Made by a program: the position numbers and the translations under genes
The notes under the pieces: model-generated
Database searches by the model: none
Told to the model about the DNA's origin: nothing
Seen by the model: the letters and a program-made list of their open reading frames with translations, nothing else
In this document: positions 53,125 through 64,000 of the stretch, piece after piece
Layout: every line of letters begins with the position of its first letter
How positions within the stretch are numbered: position 1 is the stretch's first letter
Assembly (NCBI RefSeq): GCF_022045235.1
Contig: NW_027266343.1
Coordinates: forward strand, 8,122,001-8,186,000
Length of the DNA: 64,000 bases
Direction: 5' to 3'
Source: Haliotis cracherodii
Taxonomy: Eukaryota

Positions 53125-54037
53125 GAGAGTTATAACTGTACGTACCTTACAGGTGTATGGGGAAAGGAGAGTTATAACTGTACGTACCTTACAGGTGTAC
53201 GGGGAAAGGAGAGTTATAACTGTACGTACCTTACAGGTGTATGGGGAAAGGAGAGTTATAACTGTAGTACCTTACAGGTGTATGGGGAAAGGAGAGTTAT
53301 AACTGTACGTACCTTACAGGTGTATGGGGAAAGGAGAGTTATAACTGTACGTACCTTACAGGTGTACGTGGAAAGGAGAGTTATAACTGTAGTACCTTAC
53401 AGGTGTATGGGGAAAGGAGAGTTATAACTGTAGTACCTTACAGGTGTATGGGGAAAGGAGAGTTATAACTGTACGTACCTTACAGGTGTACGTGGAAAGG
53501 AGAGTTATAACTGTACGTACCTTACAGGTGTACGGGGAAAGGAGAGTTATAACTGTACTTACCTTACAGGTGTATGGGGAAAGGAGAGTTATAACTGTAC
53601 GTACCTTACAGGTGTATGGGGAAAGGAGAGTTATAACTGTACGTACCTTACAGGTGTACGGGGAAAGGAGAGTTATAACTGTACGTACCTTACAGGTGTA
53701 CGGGGAAAGGAGAGTTATAACTGTACGTACCTTAAAGGTGTATGGGGAAAGGAGAGTTATAACTGTACCTACCTTACAGGTGTATGGGTGAATGAGAGTT
53801 ATAACTGTATGTACCTTACAGGTGTATGGGGAAAGGAGAGTTATAACTGTACGTACCTTACAGGTGTATGGGGAAAAGAGAGTTATAACTGTACGTACTT
53901 TACAGGTTTATGGGGAAAGGAGAGTTATAACTGTAGTACCTTACAGGTGTATGGGGAAAGGAGAGTTATAACTGTACGTGCCTTAAAGGTGTATGGGGAA
54001 AGGAGAGTTATAACTGTACACCTTACAGGTGTACGGG
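53125..54037. repeat. 42-bp minisatellite, ~21-22 copies
   Basis: Unit gagagttataactgtacgtaccttacaggtgtatggggaaag. Confidence 0.95.
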
Positions 54038-54523
54038 GCAAGCCCTATTCATCTACATATGAAACGTCAAAACCAGAAAATAATGAGTCTCGAAGATCTG
54101 CCAAACAGATTCTATTGGGCGTTAAAGGTTAACTAGTGATGAAAAAGCATCAAAGCTCTTCTCAACTAACCACTATCTATGTCATATAATTGCTTAGTGC
54201 CAGCGCCATGGCTTCTGAAATCACCTACTTCCTGGTAATCCGTCACGATATTAAACAAGGAGACATATATCTTGCCCTACTTTAAGGAGAAAATATGTGT
54301 TGTTTTATTACAGATTCTACCATGACATTTGATAATAATTCTGTTTGGATGGCCATAGGTTTCAAATCACAATAACTCTTCTCAGGGTGATAGCGCTGAT
54401 TTGACAGCCTCTTTTCCAAGGGATACTGGCCACTCATTTCGGTCAACAGAAGCGTCACAACCACTGAGAATTGTGTTTATCTGTACACAAATACGTAGGA
54501 TCCATCAACCACTGGAATGAAAC

Positions 54524-54776
54524 ACATCTGAACATGTCTGTTTGATTTCAGAAATAAATGAACAAAGACAGTCTCCTGCTCCTAAAATAATAAGATCTGT
54601 ATTTTAGTTTTCCCATTTTCAAAATTTAAAATTATAGTGGCTTAAAATCATCTTTCGCCATACCTCATCTGTGATGATACATCTAAACATGAACTGTTTT
54701 ATTTCAGAAATAAAGAAACAACGACAGTCTCCTGCTCCTAAAATGATAAGATCTCTATTTTAGTTTTGCCATTTTC
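54524..54776. repeat. ~95-bp direct repeat x2
   Basis: acatct.aacatg..ctgttt.atttcagaaataaa...gacagtctcctgctcctaaaat.ataagatct at ~54524 and ~54679. Confidence 0.8.
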
Positions 54777-55155
54777 TGTTCAGCGTTATTTGTAGTGAGT
54801 TGCTGGGCAAAAATTTGTATAGTAATTGACGATTTACCTAAAGGTTTGTAAAGGGGTGATTGTTGGAACAGCTCTGATCAGAAGGATTAGAAGAAGTTAT
54901 TAATAAGTTCATGTAATGAACAATTGAGAAGGAGACCTGGTGTCATCACTGATTCAGTCGTCCATCCACATATTTTTTACACAGCTATTTTGCCCTTTGC
55001 CGAATCTGTTTCGGACCGATAATTGAGACCGGTTTTTGTCATGCATTGACGTTTCATATTTTCTATGTTTGAAATATTTCAACTATTGCACAAGTTTGAT
55101 AAACATATTTGAAGGCCTCAACGTTCTTAGTTACATGTTATGATAGATAACAGTT

Positions 55156-55400
55156 CCATGAAGATTTCAGGTTATAATAGGCCTTTAGCAACCCATGCTT
55201 GTCATAAGAGGCGATTAAAGGGATTGGGTGGTCAGGCTCGGTGACTTGGTTGACGCATGTCATCGTATCGCAATTGCGTGGATCGATGCTCATGATATCA
55301 ATCACTGGATTGTCTGGTCCAGACTCGATTTTTTACAGACCGTCGTCATATAACTGCAATATTGCTGAGTACGGCGTTAAACAACAAACAAACAAACAAT
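55156..55400 (+). mobile_element. Family C element
   Basis: Full match to the family including the (caaa)n tail. Confidence 0.8.
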
Positions 55401-55798
55401 AGATAAATAAACCGCCACCATCACATTAATGATTGCAATGATCTGTTGTTATGCGATACTTATGTTTACTTCAAAAACGGTGTCACCGATCTCTCTGTGT
55501 GTGTTTATGTACATGTTATTGAGGATCAATTCCTAATTACATGAAGGCAAAGAAAATAATGATGTGTATAACACAGGACTCCGCTACCAACACATGGATC
55601 TGATTACTGGAGTAGATGCACGTCGTGTTTACCAATGGCTTCATGTCATAGACACGAGCTCCGCCAACACTACACTGTCTACATTCGAGCGTCAAAGACG
55701 TTCCACATGGTCTTGTCACAACATTGTCTACAACCGGGCGTCGCAGACTTTCTACATAGTCCAGTCCATCAAAATGAGAACTTAATGTGATATAGTGA

Positions 55799-56098
55799 GG
55801 TGAGGTGAAATGGGGTTTAACGTCGCGTCCAAAATTATTGCACTTATATGGCGACCTCCATGCACGTGTATGTATGTGTGTGGCTGCTTGTACTAGTCCG
55901 GACTGATGCCGATTTATAGTGCTAGCTCACTGAGATACCATGCCGCAGTTTAACATGAATACCCCACTCAGACACAGTATACTGACTCCGAGCCGACCAG
56001 TCCTTGTTTTAGCCCCTTAATGCCGAGCGCCAGACAGGGTAACAACAAGTACCATCTTTTAACGTCTTTTGGTATGACGCAGTCGGGCATCGAACCCC
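55799..56098 (-). mobile_element. 5'-truncated family B SINE
   Basis: 12-bp TSD gtgatatagtga. Confidence 0.85.
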
Positions 56099-56107
56099 GT
56101 GATATAG

Positions 56108-56600
56108 TGAAGATCCGGGGTAGAATAGGTCTTCAGCAACCCATGCTTGTCGTAAAAGGTGACTATGCTTGTCGGAAGAGGCGACTAACGGGATCGGGTG
56201 GTTAGGCTCGCTGACTTGGTTGATGCATGTCATCGATCCCATTTGCGCGGATCGATGCTCATGATGTCAATCACTGAATTGCCTGGTCCAGAATATTGCT
56301 GAATGTGGCGTTAAACAACAAACCAAACTAAACCTTCATGAACTCAATATGTCAGTATATAAACTCCCCGTGGGGATTCTAGGTTAGAACAGGTCTTTAG
56401 TCATCAATGCTTGTCAGAGGAGGCGACTTAACGGGTGGTCAGGTTCTTGACCTTGGTTGATGTCGTGTCAACGTAACCCTACCGCGTGGATCGTTACCAT
56501 AATATTAATGGTTTGTTTGTCTGCTCAAGACTTGGTTATTTACAGGCTGCCGCAATACACTAGCAGATGGAGTATTGCTGAGAGCGGCGACAAGGAACAG
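56108..56600 (+). mobile_element. Two family C elements (56108-56332 and a decayed copy at ~56366-56600)
   Basis: Family head and body motifs. Confidence 0.7.
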
Positions 56601-56725
56601 ATCAATAACATAATGGTGAGCTACGCTATCTGTAACTACAACTCTACAGGGTGGATGGAACACCTCAATGACGTTCAGGTCGTTGCAGTTTGAGGTATTC
56701 AAACCAACTTCAAACAAACACATTT

Positions 56726-57560
56726 GGGGGACACGGGTGGCCAAGTCGTCTGAGGCGCCGCGATTCGCTGTGCACAGTTGCGTCCCTTGGGCACGCCAGA
56801 AACCTATGATTGTGGGTTCGAATTCCGGTTCGCCCCGATTATGTTTCTAGGTTTGTCAGCACCATACCCGTGCTCGTGGGTTTCACTGAAGTGGTAAACG
56901 TCTGAGACCTGCATCACTTCGGGCTTTCCTCCCACATTAAGCTGACACGCCGTGATATAACTGGAAAACTGTTAAAAGCGGCGTTAAACCCAACACACTC
57001 ACTCACTCACTGATACATTTGGATGTGTTCAGCATACCAATTCAGGCTACCAATTCATATCAACTACTTATATCACTGAGTAGAGTTGCGTCCATTTGAC
57101 GCGCCAGAAACCTATGATGGTTTCGAGTCCCGGTTAGCCTCTATTGGCTTTCTGGGTTTGTCAGCATCATACCATGGCTCGTGGGTTTCACCAAAATGGT
57201 AAACGTCTGAGACCTGCATCACTATGGGCTTTTGTCTGGGGGCACGGGTGGCCGAGTCTTCTGAGGCACCGCGATTCGCTGTGAACAGTTGCGTCCATGT
57301 GCACGCCAGAAACCTATGATTGTGGGTTCGAATCCCGGTTCGCTCTGATTATGTTTCTAGGTTTTTAAGCACCATACCCATGCTCGTGGGTTTCACCGAA
57401 GTGGTAAACGTCTGAGACCTGCATCACTTCGGGCTTTCCTCCAAAAATAAGCTGACATCCCGCGATATGACTGGAAAACTGTTAAAAGCAGCGTTTAACC
57501 CAACTCACTCACTCTTACATCAAACCGACACGCTGTAATATAACTGGAATACTGTTCAAA
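56726..57560 (+). mobile_element. Cluster of family D SINEs (full copies at 56726-57011 and 57238-57515; fragment at ~57080-57230)
   Basis: Repeated family D head, B box and tail. Confidence 0.85.
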
Positions 57561-57890
57561 GCGAGGTTTTCATTCACTCACTTATATCCCTTATTGAACC
57601 TGCTGTATTTGCTCCCCCTTGTAATAAATGTGTACATAACGAGAACACACGTGAAAGAGACGGAAATGAAGAGGTATAATTAATCTTCTTATGACCGGAA
57701 ATTAGATATGTGGCTTTAAGATCTACCCACACAAGGACCCCTGGTTGTCTTTATCAATGCATCTTAATTATATTAATAACTGTTCGTCTTTGAAGCTTCA
57801 TATGAGAGAAGGTGAATGTATTTGAACACCAAATCAAATGTATTGAGTAAATCTATCATTTTGTTTGCAATAGCTTTCTTAATTCTTATA

Positions 57891-58226
57891 GACCGCCACC
57901 GTGGTCTAGTGGTAGAGCGTCCGCCCGGAGAGCGGAAGGTTCGATCCACGGCCGTGTCATACCAAAAGACGTTAAAAAATGGTACTTGTTGTTACCCTGT
58001 CTGGCGCTCGCCATTAAGGGGCTCAAACAAGGACTGGTCGGCTCGGAGTCAGTATACTGTGTCTGAGTGGGGTAGTCATGTTAAACTGCGGCATGACATC
58101 TCAGTGAGCTTGCACTATAAATCGGCATCAGTCCGGACTAGTACAAGCAGCCACACAAACACACATGCACGTCGCTATATAAGTGCAATAATCTTGGACG
58201 CGACGTTAAACCCTATTTCATCTCAC
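57891..58226 (+). mobile_element. Family B SINE
   Basis: 13-bp TSD cttaattcttata. Confidence 0.9.
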
Positions 58227-58739
58227 CTTAATTCTTATATCTGTTGTATAAATTATGACATGGCTGTATGATGAAATTCACAGAATCACTTCTGTGTAAT
58301 TCTGTAAAACATCAGGATTGACACAGAAAATTCTGCACATGTATATATATTCACCAAAAGATGATTGACCCATGCCACATACCACCATTAGTGAACTATT
58401 CTAAGGTACCTGCATTAGTCAAATCCGGGGAGAGAGATACTTCCGGATTTGGTCTATCTTACGTCGGAAATAAGACGACAAAGACGTCCCCAATTCAGAG
58501 AGCAGACTTCTCTCCAACCCACCCATCTCCTACGTCACCACCCCAGCATGGCACGCCCAGGAGACCGCTGACTGAAAACTGATAGCATTTCTTCCGCCGT
58601 AGCGATCTTTTGTATTAATCGGTAGGAAGTCGACCATCTGATTTCATTGACGGTACAGATGTCAGATACAACCTAGACGGACTCAACCAGACTAGACAAG
58701 AAGGTGAATTGATTGATTTTAGACTCTGATTTGGTATTT

Positions 58740-59424
58740 CAAGTTATATGTATTTAGTTATGAATATCTTACTTTACCGTGATGTAAAAATTCAATTCAA
58801 GATATCTTGAAATAAGTTATACATATCCACAAAAGCATTACAGATATCTTCAATTCCATTCAAGATATCATTAATTCTGACCGTTACTGATATCAAACAT
58901 CCCATTAAAGATATCATTAATACTTTTAATGATATCATTAATACTTTTAATGATATCTTTATATCAATTATTGATATCAGTTATCTAATTTAAGTAACAT
59001 TATTTATGTAACATCATTAATAATAGCAACAACTGAAGATATTAATAATTAATTATTGATATCTGTATTTAGTTTCAAGATATCAGGAATTGAATTAACG
59101 ACATCATAACAAAACATGACATTTTGATATCTTTAAATCATATTTTGATATCAATAATCGAATTTAAGATATCAGCAATTCTTTTCAAGATATCTTCAAT
59201 TCATTTCAAGATATCTTTAAAACAATTGAAGATATCTTAAATTTTATTGCAGGTATCTACAATTATCTGCATTTAAGATATATTCAATTCTATTCAAGAT
59301 ATCTTCAATTCATTTCAAGATATCTTCAATTCATTTCAAGATATCTTCAATTCATTTCAAGACATCTTTAAAACAATTGAAGATATCTGTAATTCCGTAA
59401 TAAATGTGAAAACGGCTTGCCATA
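58740..59424. repeat. AT-rich array of (caa)gatatc-containing ~11/22-bp units, probably the interior of a non-autonomous DNA element
   Basis: Many gatatc palindromes and a caagatatcttcaattcattt tandem run at ~59185-59360. Confidence 0.6.
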
Positions 59425-59967
59425 TCTTCGTGCTACTCGTACGATATCGCTATGCAGAGTTGCGTCCCTTAGGCGTGTCAGAACTTATAATCGTATGTGC
59501 GAATCTAAGATTCGTCCAGATTATGATTAAAGGTTTCGCAGCCCCACGCCGGTACTCGTGGGAGTGACCCTTACACACCGAAATGCAAAGGGGCGTTAAA
59601 TTCAGCTTAGTCTCTCACTATTACAGCTATTTTGAAATGGGTTTTTTTTGTTAAAAAACTACAATCATACATACACAAGTAAAATACTGTTTTATACATT
59701 GTGAACCTCTAGATGATTGTACAATGTACCGTACAAAGGCAATAGACCTGACGTCTCATGTTCAAGACCGGTGTCCTCTGCTATGGTTCAGTCAATAAGA
59801 ATCATACCGGCACACTTGAGTGTCTTCCTGGTGCGCGTTCTCTTGACCGACAAAAGATCACATTCCGCCAAGATCAACTGGAGTCAATCCCACGTGCGTG
59901 CAAATATACCCTCCAGATGAATGTGTTTATACAACGCCAAAAAACCCGGGGGTAGGGATTCAGAAGT

Positions 59968-61606
59968 CTTAACTACGTATTCTCTTCACTACGTACAGTG
60001 TACTAGGATCTTCACTATGTATACTCTTAACTACGCATATTCTTCACTGCGTATTCTCTTCACTACGTACTAGGCTCCCTACTACGGATATTCCTCACTA
60101 GGTATATTCTTCACTACGTACTCTCTTCACTACGTACAGTGTACTAGGCTCTTCACTATGTATACTCTTCACTATGCATGCTCTTCACTACGTATACTCT
60201 TCACTATGTATTCTTTTCACTGTGTATACTCTTCACTACGTAATCTCTTCACTATGTATACTCTTCACTACGTATACTTTTCACTACGAATACTCTTCAC
60301 TATGTATTCTCTCCACTACGCATACTCTTCACTATGTGTTCTCTTCACTACGTATACTCTTCACTACGTATACTCTTCACTACGTATTCTCTTCACTATG
60401 TATACTCTTCACTACGTATTCTCTTCACTATGTAAACTCTTCACTACGTATACTGTTCACTATGTATTCTCTTAACTTAGTATACTCTTAACTACGTATT
60501 CTCTTCACTATGTATACTCTTCACTACATATTCTCTTCACTACGTATATTCTTCACTATGTATTCTCTTCACTACGTATTCTCTTTACCACGTATACTCT
60601 TCACTACGTATTCTCTTAACTAAGTGGACCGCCTCTGTGGTCTTGTGGTAGAGCGTCCGCCCGGAGAGCGGAAGGTCCAGGGTTCGATCCCCAGCCGCGT
60701 CATACAAAAGACGCGGTCGTCTTAAACTATAGACCGCCTCCGTGGTTCAATGGTAGAGCGTCCGCCCAAAAGACGTTGATAGATGGAACTTGTTGTTACC
60801 CTGTCTGGCGCTCGGCATTAAGGAGCTAAACGAAGGACTGGTCGGCTCGGAGTCAGTATACTGTGTCTGAGTGGGGTATTCATGTTAAACTGCGGCATGG
60901 TATCTCAGTGAGCTAGCACTATAAATCGGCATCAGTCCGGACTAGTACAAGCAGCCACACACACACATACACGTGCAAGCACGTCGCTATATAAGTGCAA
61001 TAATCTTGGACGCGACCCAATTTCACCTCACCTCTTAACTAAGCATACTCTTCACTACGTATTCTCTTCACTATGTATACTCTTCACTATGTATACTCTT
61101 CACTACATATACTCTTCACTACGTATACTCTTCATTATGTATACTCTTCACTATGTATTCTTTTCACTACATATACTCTTCACTACGTATTCTCTTCACT
61201 ACGTACAGTGTACTAGGCTCTTCACTACATATACTCTTCACTACGTATTCTCTTCACTATGTATACTCTTCACTATGTATTCTTTTCACTACGTATACTC
61301 TTCACTATGTATTCTTTTCACTATGTATACTCTTCACTACATATACTCTTCACTATGTATACTCTTCACTACGTATACTCTTCACTATGTATACTCTTCA
61401 CTATGTATTCTTTTCACTACATATACTCTTCACTACGTATTCTCTTCACTATGTATACTCTTCACTATGTATTCTTTTCACTATGTATTCTTTTCACTAC
61501 GTATACTCTTCACTATGTATACTCTTCACTATGTATACTCTTCACTATGTATACTCTTCACTACGTATACTCTTCACTATATATACTCTTCACCACGTAT
61601 GTTCTT
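59968..61606. repeat. 16-bp minisatellite interrupted by a SINE
   Basis: Unit ta(t/c)gtat(a/t)ctcttcac. Confidence 0.95.
60626..61031 (+). mobile_element. Family B SINE with duplicated 5' head
   Basis: 12-bp TSD ctcttaactaag. Two gaccgcctc.gtggt heads at ~60627 and ~60732. Confidence 0.85.
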
Positions 61607-63094
61607 CATTATCTATGACATTCACTGCTTACGGCCTTCGTTATGTTCGCTGTTTATTCTTCATTGTCGGGATCTGCCACTCTTCCACCCAGGGTTTCTT
61701 GCGGTCGATTTGGTACGATCACATCTCAGTCAGTCCATTGAGCAAATTACATATGTTTATCATCTAATTAATTTTTGAAAGGTCCAACCATTTAGATATA
61801 CGTATATCATGAAATTATATTTCCATTTGCGTGTTTTCACCTTTGTTTGCGTTGGCAGTGAGGTTCCACGTGCGGCTGTGAGAGCACTACGGATAGATTT
61901 AATCTATATTGATATAATCACAAGTTGTGGTCCTGTAGAGTATCGTTTTATTTATACAAAACAATCTTTAAATCTCACTGACAGACTCTCACTAAGCCGG
62001 GTTGCTATGATTTCAATATGTGTGTGTCTGTTTGCAACCAAGTGAAAAATCCGGCAATGTGATAAAAATATTAGCGTGTGGCAGTCGTACAGGTCATCAC
62101 TGCGCCGGAGTGTAATCGTCAGTACGTTTGCCCTTAAATAATAACATCTATCCTAATAATTAGACTTGCACAAGTCTCAAAGGCAATAATTATTAGTTTA
62201 AATCATAATTTCTAGACTATGTAAATAATAAGAACAAGTTGTCCTTTAAGAGAATGGAGTCCTCACTGTCCACATATGTAGACTTGCAGTTTAGGATAGA
62301 ATAACTACACATCCATGGACTTATCTAGTCTGTCTTACAGACCCTGATACAAATATATATCAAATACAGCCCATGCAAGTCTATAGTGTTTGGCAAGTCT
62401 AGATCACTGCAGTATCTGAAAATGAAGAGAGTCACTGGGCTCCTTTTTATGATATTTTTATTAAGATAACTGAGCAACTGTTTTTAATGTACGATATGTT
62501 CATTTCAGAGACTAGATTTTAGTCTAGGACTTATCTTTCAGTACAGTCTTTGCGTAAGGTTACCTGATTCTATTCCCCCACTATACCGCGGTGTAGTTTA
62601 TGATGGTGTGGCGACATTGCTGACAGACGGCGTCAAAAACCACAGACGGCCTTATATGTGTCATAGCAATACGTCAATGTACGTCATCTCATCACCAAGG
62701 TGATGACACGACCTTGACATATGTGTGACCTTAACGTGGGCCTCTCCAGATGGCAACCAGAGATTTCACACATGGGGGCAATGGTGGTCCAAAACCTATG
62801 GTCGTGGGTTCGAATCCCGGTTCGCCCCGATAGTGATTCTTTGTTCGTCAGCACCAATACCCTAGACTAACACTTAGTCAATGAAAACATGTCTTTAAAA
62901 TAATACAAATATTTTTTCAAAAGAACTTTTCCTCTTCTGCTGTTTTCAAGTAAACTAGACTTGGATAGTTTGATCTAGACTTGCCTGGGCTTTTACTAAA
63001 AAATACCTTTAAAAATATAAATTCCACAGTCAGGGTGCAGGACTACCAATACCCGTCTAAGACATCAATCACTTCGGGTTTTCCTCCTACAAAA

Positions 63095-63575
63095 GACCTG
63101 TGAAGATCCGAGTTAGAATTGGTCTTCAGCAACCAATACTTGTCGTAAGAGGCGAGAAAAGGGATCGGATGGTCTTGTTCGCTGTCTTGGTTGATGCATG
63201 TCATTGTATCCCAATTGCGTAGATGCTCATGATGCCTTTTACTGAATTGTCTGATTCGGATTTACTTATTTACAGAATGGCTTCATATAGCTGGAATATT
63301 GCTGAGTACGGTTTTAAACAATAAATAATCAACGAAAATCCTACAAAGCGTGATACGCCGTGATATAACTGAAATACTGTTCAAAGGCGACTAACGGGAT
63401 CGTGTTGTCAGTCTCTCTGACATGGTTGATACATGTCATCGTATCCCAATTGCGTGGATCGATGCTCATGATGTCAATCACTGGATTGTCTGGTCCAGAC
63501 TCGATTATTTTACATACCGCCATCATATAGCTGGAATATTGCTGAGTGCGGCGTTAAACAACAAACAAACAAACA
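63095..63575 (+). mobile_element. Two family C elements nested in a family D remnant
   Basis: The first copy (63095-63338) has TSD tcctacaaa. The second copy (~63385-63575) splits the D 3' stem. Confidence 0.8.
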
Positions 63576-64000
63576 AGGAGGCGTAAATCCAACTTACACC
63601 CTATATATAAGCCGCTCTGTACATACACATTCATGCCATTTATAACGTGGAGCACTACATTTCTAAACCTACGCTTTAGCCTATTAACCTTCCACTGACA
63701 ATCCGTGCCGTCTCCACATTAGTCTCGCTGTATTACAACATGCATGTGTCAAACTTTCAGAATGATGCACGAGTGACGATACTTTAACACGGCTGGGGCA
63801 ATGTCATATGACACGGAAAACAATTAAAGTTATTGTCGGCGCTGAGGCAGCCCTGAACACTGTTGAACACTGCGTTGCAACACACGTGATGTTTATTCTA
63901 AAGTAGGTTGCCTGTATTGACGAGAACTATAGTTCATGTTTTCTTCATCGGAGATTAATAAAATCCAGAATTGCGATGTAGGTACAGTGATGCTCTCAAG

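Noticed and set aside
53024-54132. ORFs with YGERRVITVRTLQV repeats
   Set aside because: Artefact of the 42-bp minisatellite.
60158-61778. Hydrophobic repetitive ORFs
   Set aside because: Artefact of the 16-bp minisatellite.

Overview
Eukaryotic (animal) genomic DNA, AT-rich, with two assembly gaps. The repeat landscape is most reminiscent of a gastropod mollusc such as abalone; this is an inference and was not verified. The first ~43 kb hold a head-to-tail tandem array of six intact three-exon genes on the minus strand, which the ORF track misses because they are spliced. I reconstructed them by hand from GT/AG sites: an 82-nt signal-peptide exon, a 342-nt V-type Ig exon and a 362-374-nt second Ig-like exon, with both introns phase 1. 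Each gene encodes a predicted secreted 261-265-aa protein made of two Ig-like domains only, with no transmembrane segment and no lectin, fibrinogen or chitin-binding domain. The array consists of three ~9.4-kb units and two ~5.25-kb units. The unit boundaries fall inside the genes, so several copies are domain-1/domain-2 chimeras. The spacers carry a Tc1/mariner relic interrupted by a 5'-truncated LINE, a second Tc1 relic, MITEs, a 34-bp minisatellite and four SINE-like families. These four families share a 3' stem-loop, and one has a non-tRNA, pseudoknotted 5' head. The last ~20 kb is SINE- and satellite-rich intergenic DNA with possible decayed exons.
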